Positions 60,461 through 64,000 of a stretch of 64,000 nucleotides of DNA are shown here, in pieces. The translations under genes and the position numbers were made by a program. Position 1 is the first letter of the stretch. Every line of letters begins with the position of its first letter. The stretch is from Butyrivibrio sp. (GTDB lineage: Bacteria; Bacillota; Clostridia; Lachnospirales; Lachnospiraceae). The notes under the pieces were generated by a model that did not search any database, was not told where the DNA came from, and saw only the letters and a program-made list of their open reading frames with translations. Location: positions 51,627 through 115,626 of the forward strand of contig JAMPEU010000004.1 in assembly GCA_023664865.1 (NCBI GenBank), written 5' to 3'.

Positions 60461-61687
60461 TCATTCCGGTTCATACTCCACATGGACATACTTAAGCGCC
60501 CTATCCCCTGCTGCCATAGCTTCTTCTGCATTATCGCAGGACGTAATAATATATCCGAGCCTGTCGTTGCTGGACTTGGTTCCATTCACGATGTCTCCGC
60601 TTTTTTTATCAATAACCACTTCCTCGACTCCCGCTAAGTCGTAAACTTCATCATCAACCGTAATACTCTTTATTTTACCTTTTTCACCCTGTATGAAATG
60701 AATCGCCGCGCCCTTTTGACTTTTTGGCTCAATATCTATTTTCGCTCCCGTGGCAAGCAGTACAGAAGCTCCTACCATATCAACTCCTGTGGATAAGGGT
60801 ACTAGTTTGGAAGTAATATAATCTCCGCCCAGCCTCGCGGCAAGCTCCACGATTTTAGGTCCCTGCCCAGTCACCTTTATTTCAGTATGCGACGGTCCGT
60901 TCTTAAGCCTGATGGCGGATATAGCCTGTAAAGCCACTTGCTTTATGCCCTCCTGTATCTTGGCGCTTAAGCGGCTAGGCTCGCTGTGCGCGATTTCCAC
61001 AAAATACGGCGGCGGCGTAATATACTTGTCGGTAATGGTAATAATCGTAGTCTCGCCATTTACCGTCATAGCCTCTACGCTTACCTCCGCGCCTTCCATG
61101 TATTCCTCTACCATGACCGTACCGTTTCTCGAGTTGCTTTTACTGTATTCATAAGTATTAAGCAATTCTTTATTTGTTTTTTTTACAGAACTATCTAATA
61201 GAACCACTCCGCGGCTGCCTGCATTGTCCGCTGGTTTAACTATGCAGCAGTCATTCAGCTTATTTACCGCATTTATAAATTCTTCAAAATTTCCCACGGC
61301 ATAATATTCCGGAATCGGTACGTTATTTTCCTTAAGCCGCTCTCTCATATAGCTCTTGATTGTAGCGCACAATGAATCTTCATATGCCAAATCCGGCTGT
61401 TTACCCAGCTTTTCATTCACATATGCCGCCGTCCGCACAGGTCCGTCGCTGGTAGACGTAATCACCACATCAGGACTATATATTAAAGCCTGACGGTAGA
61501 CTTCTTCCATATCAAGGGTGCTTACCACCAGTTTCACATCAGCCAGCGCAAATCCTACTGCGTTCTCGTCATAATCCACAAGGATAATCTGATATCCAAG
61601 TTCTTTTGCTTTTTTAATTGCCGGAACCTGCAGCGCACTTGCACCTAAAATCATCATCTTCTTCTGTGTTTTCATCTTAATAACCAT
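60461..61687 (-). CDS. ATP-grasp domain protein
   Basis: IVKPADNAGSRGV, VEEYMEG, HTEIK and ELAARLGG motifs. Confidence 0.88.
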   Translation of the reverse strand: MVIKMKTQKKMMILGASALQVPAIKKAKELGYQIILVDYDENAVGFALADVKLVVSTLDMEEVYRQALIYSPDVVITSTSDGPVRTAAYVNEKLGKQPDLAYEDSLCATIKSYMRERLKENNVPIPEYYAVGNFEEFINAVNKLNDCCIVKPADNAGSRGVVLLDSSVKKTNKELLNTYEYSKSNSRNGTVMVEEYMEGAEVSVEAMTVNGETTIITITDKYITPPPYFVEIAHSEPSRLSAKIQEGIKQVALQAISAIRLKNGPSHTEIKVTGQGPKIVELAARLGGDYITSKLVPLSTGVDMVGASVLLATGAKIDIEPKSQKGAAIHFIQGEKGKIKSITVDDEVYDLAGVEEVVIDKKSGDIVNGTKSSNDRLGYIITSCDNAEEAMAAGDRALKYVHVEYEPE

Positions 61688-61707
61688 GCTTCCTTCTCAG
61701 CCTGCGC

Positions 61708-62760
61708 CTATTCTATATGCTCCCATGCAAGCGGCGTTCCCTTTGCAATATCATTCTTCGCCTTTTTCCCTAATATTTCATCATAATACATGGTGTGCAT
61801 GCCGAATGCCGGGCGGATAGAGCGCACGTTTTCTTCCGTGAACATCTCGCCAGCTTTCATATCTTTCACCACAAATAGGGAACGTCCATCCTCTCTGCTC
61901 TTTTTCTGCTTATCCGTCAATTCGTATGTCACCTTTCCGAGCGCCTTTTCCACTATGCGGATTTCGTCAACCATCTGCTTAAATTCCGCGGGTTCCATGG
62001 AAAACGCCGCGTCCGGTCCGCCGTCCGCCCTCGAAAGAGTCAAATGCTTTTCTATCATTTTTGCTCCCAGAGCTACGCTTGCAACCGCAACTGCAGTTCC
62101 CATGCTATGGTCCGATAATCCGGTAAGTACGTCGAATACCTGCGCCATATTAGGAATTACTTTCAGATTCATATCCTCATACGGCGACGGATAAGTAGAT
62201 GTGCATTTAAGCAATACTATCTGTTCATTTCCTTCCTCTTTACATACACGCAGCGCTCTTTCAATATCCTCAAGGTAGGCGATTCCTGTCGCAAAGATAA
62301 TCGGCTTTCCCAATTTTGCAATCTTACGGATTAAAGGAATATCATTAATTTCAAAAGACGCCACTTTATAAGCGGGCATATCCATTTCGTTCATAAAGTC
62401 TACCGCCGAAGCGTCAAATGGCGAAGAAAAGCACTCCATTCCAAGGTCTCCTGCAAGTTTCATAAGTTTGGGCTGCCACTCCCACGGCGTATATGCCGTT
62501 TCATACAATTTATGGAGAGTCGTACCGTCCCAGATTGTCCCTTGCGTAATCTGGAAATATTCATTATCGCAATCCAGAGTAATAGTATCCGGCGTATATG
62601 TCTGAAGTTTTACCGCGTCTGCTCCCGCTTCCTTAGCCGCACGTATTATTGCCTCTGCGCGGTCATAGTTCTGCAAGTGGTTTGCAGATACTTCCGCCAC
62701 AATAAATGTCTTTTCCCCTTCTCCTACATATCGGCTTCCTATTTTTATCTTTTTCTCCAT
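61708..62760 (-). CDS. pseI: Pseudaminic acid synthase
   Basis: AEVSANH, KLQTYTPDT, YTPWEW, SDH and IEKH motifs; SAF domain. Confidence 0.92.
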   Translation of the reverse strand: MEKKIKIGSRYVGEGEKTFIVAEVSANHLQNYDRAEAIIRAAKEAGADAVKLQTYTPDTITLDCDNEYFQITQGTIWDGTTLHKLYETAYTPWEWQPKLMKLAGDLGMECFSSPFDASAVDFMNEMDMPAYKVASFEINDIPLIRKIAKLGKPIIFATGIAYLEDIERALRVCKEEGNEQIVLLKCTSTYPSPYEDMNLKVIPNMAQVFDVLTGLSDHSMGTAVAVASVALGAKMIEKHLTLSRADGGPDAAFSMEPAEFKQMVDEIRIVEKALGKVTYELTDKQKKSREDGRSLFVVKDMKAGEMFTEENVRSIRPAFGMHTMYYDEILGKKAKNDIAKGTPLAWEHIE

Positions 62761-62778
62761 ATACCAGCTTTGTCCTTT

Positions 62779-63468
62779 CTATTTTCTCAACATCATCTGA
62801 TATTTGATTTCCGCAAGTTCCCAATCTGAAAGATTATCTATATCCTGAACTTCTGTTTCACTCATGATAATCGGCACATAACCATCCGGCAAATCTCCCC
62901 TGCACGCAAGGTATTTATCCACATTGTAGCAGTAAAACTGTCCGCAGTCATGATAAATCGTCTCCAAATCCTGCGAGCGTTTCAGTGCATTTTCAGGATA
63001 ACAGTATTCCAGCCTGCCGTTTCTAATAGACATCCCCCTCTGCGGTGGGAAAGAGAAACCCATCACAGGCATGACTCCCGACGCTTTTTCCTCTATCAGA
63101 ATATTCATTGCGTTTCTTAATTTTTCGGCTGTGATAAACGGCGCTGTCGGATAGATACACGCCATATATTCAAAAACCTTTCCTCTTTTCTCATACTCAG
63201 CCAGAACTTCCATAAGCACATCGTCAGTACCTGCAAAATCGTTAGAACATTCAGCGCTTCTCATAAAAGGCACGCTTGCTCCTGCTGCCTTGGCTATATC
63301 CGCTATTTCATCGTCGTCGGTAGATACCATTACCTCTTCAAAGAGTTCCGAAGAAAGCGCCGCTTCTATAGAATAGCAGATAATCGGTTTTCCTAAGAAG
63401 TCCTTTTTATTCTTTCCCGGTATTCTTTTGCTTCCGCCCCTTGCTGTAATAATAGCTATTGAATTCAT
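62779..63468 (-). CDS. pseF: Pseudaminic acid cytidylyltransferase
   Basis: ITARGGSKRIPGKN, CIYPTAPF, RSQDLE, HDCGQFY and QDID motifs. Confidence 0.9.
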   Translation of the reverse strand: MNSIAIITARGGSKRIPGKNKKDFLGKPIICYSIEAALSSELFEEVMVSTDDDEIADIAKAAGASVPFMRSAECSNDFAGTDDVLMEVLAEYEKRGKVFEYMACIYPTAPFITAEKLRNAMNILIEEKASGVMPVMGFSFPPQRGMSIRNGRLEYCYPENALKRSQDLETIYHDCGQFYCYNVDKYLACRGDLPDGYVPIIMSETEVQDIDNLSDWELAEIKYQMMLRK

Positions 63469-63499
63469 TATAATCCCATATTCCTTTCATGCTTTCAAT

Positions 63500-64000
63500 T
63501 TATAGGCGGCATATACTGTCCGCAATCCTCATTGCGCCCCTGCCATCTGCCACCTCGCGCATTTTCTTCCTCATCCGCTCTTGAAGTTCTCTATCCTCGA
63601 TTATGCTCTTTAAACCGCCGCATATATTCTCAATACATGCGGTCCTGTCCTTTCGTATATCCCCGGCAAACAGCATTATTTCGTTTTGTGCAAAAAATTC
63701 ACTGTCATAGCGTTGATTATCCGCGCTGACGAAAAACACTGTCGGCACACGTACTGCGCTAAGCTCAAACAGCATTGTACCTGCCGCCGAAACTGCCGCC
63801 TGACATTTTCGCATCAGCTCCGCCATGTTGTTTACATTATTATACAGCATGATATTAGGGTACTTGTCTGCCAGCAGCTTAAGTTTGTCATAATTCTGAC
63901 TAAAACCTCCGACCACCACATGAAAAATCATTCCGGCAAGAGTCTCATCAAGCATAGCTTTTTGCAGAATCCCCGTAAGCGCGTCGCATATGTCTCCGCC
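63500..64000 (-). CDS. pseG: UDP-sugar hydrolase PseG-like protein (5' part outside the window)
   Basis: Frame is open to the window end; NMAELM, SAAGTMLFE, ADNQ and DGRGAMRI motifs; upstream of pseF. Confidence 0.75.
   Translation of the reverse strand, partial: GGDICDALTGILQKAMLDETLAGMIFHVVVGGFSQNYDKLKLLADKYPNIMLYNNVNNMAELMRKCQAAVSAAGTMLFELSAVRVPTVFFVSADNQRYDSEFFAQNEIMLFAGDIRKDRTACIENICGGLKSIIEDRELQERMRKKMREVADGRGAMRIADSICRL

Noticed and set aside
17-63729. Many short ORFs antisense or out of frame to long genes (e.g. 2674..3180, 18786..19430, 41130..41774, 55445..56026)
   Set aside because: They lie within well-supported genes and show no RBS or family motifs; treated as shadow ORFs.
1-64000. 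tRNA, rRNA, prophage structural genes, reverse transcriptase, IS transposase
   Set aside because: None recognised by eye; a tRNAscan/Infernal/HMM run would be needed to exclude divergent cases.

Overview
Chromosomal window from a low-GC Gram-positive anaerobe, most likely Lachnospiraceae (spoIID/spoIIQ/SipL-type sporulation genes, MCP, sigma28 promoters). Left to right: a truncated DUF4910 gene and a probable sigma28-driven hypothetical gene; a ~23 kb xyloglucan-type utilisation locus (GH29, GH5 lipoprotein, membrane-anchored protein with repeated putative binding modules, two sugar ABC importers, two GH31, GH74) interrupted by a ~1.5 kb integrase-only element with Tn916-like ends; a bactofilin/M23 pair and a SPOCS-LysM gene; an AT-rich island with two paralogous membrane proteins, a trans-isoprenyl diphosphate synthase homologue, a geranylgeranyl-reductase-like gene, two orphans and a HicA-type TA pair; an ABC exporter, pyrC-pyrK-pyrD, MCP, plsC, a degenerate GH9, spoIIQ/spoIID and an aconitase-family gene; and the edge of a pseudaminic-acid surface-glycan locus. 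The intergenic DNA holds three families of dispersed structured repeats with compensatory base changes (2, 4 and 2 copies) and a sigma28-driven leader with a terminator-like hairpin. No rRNA, tRNA or CRISPR array was seen. All calls come from reading motifs by eye; no searches or folding programs were run.
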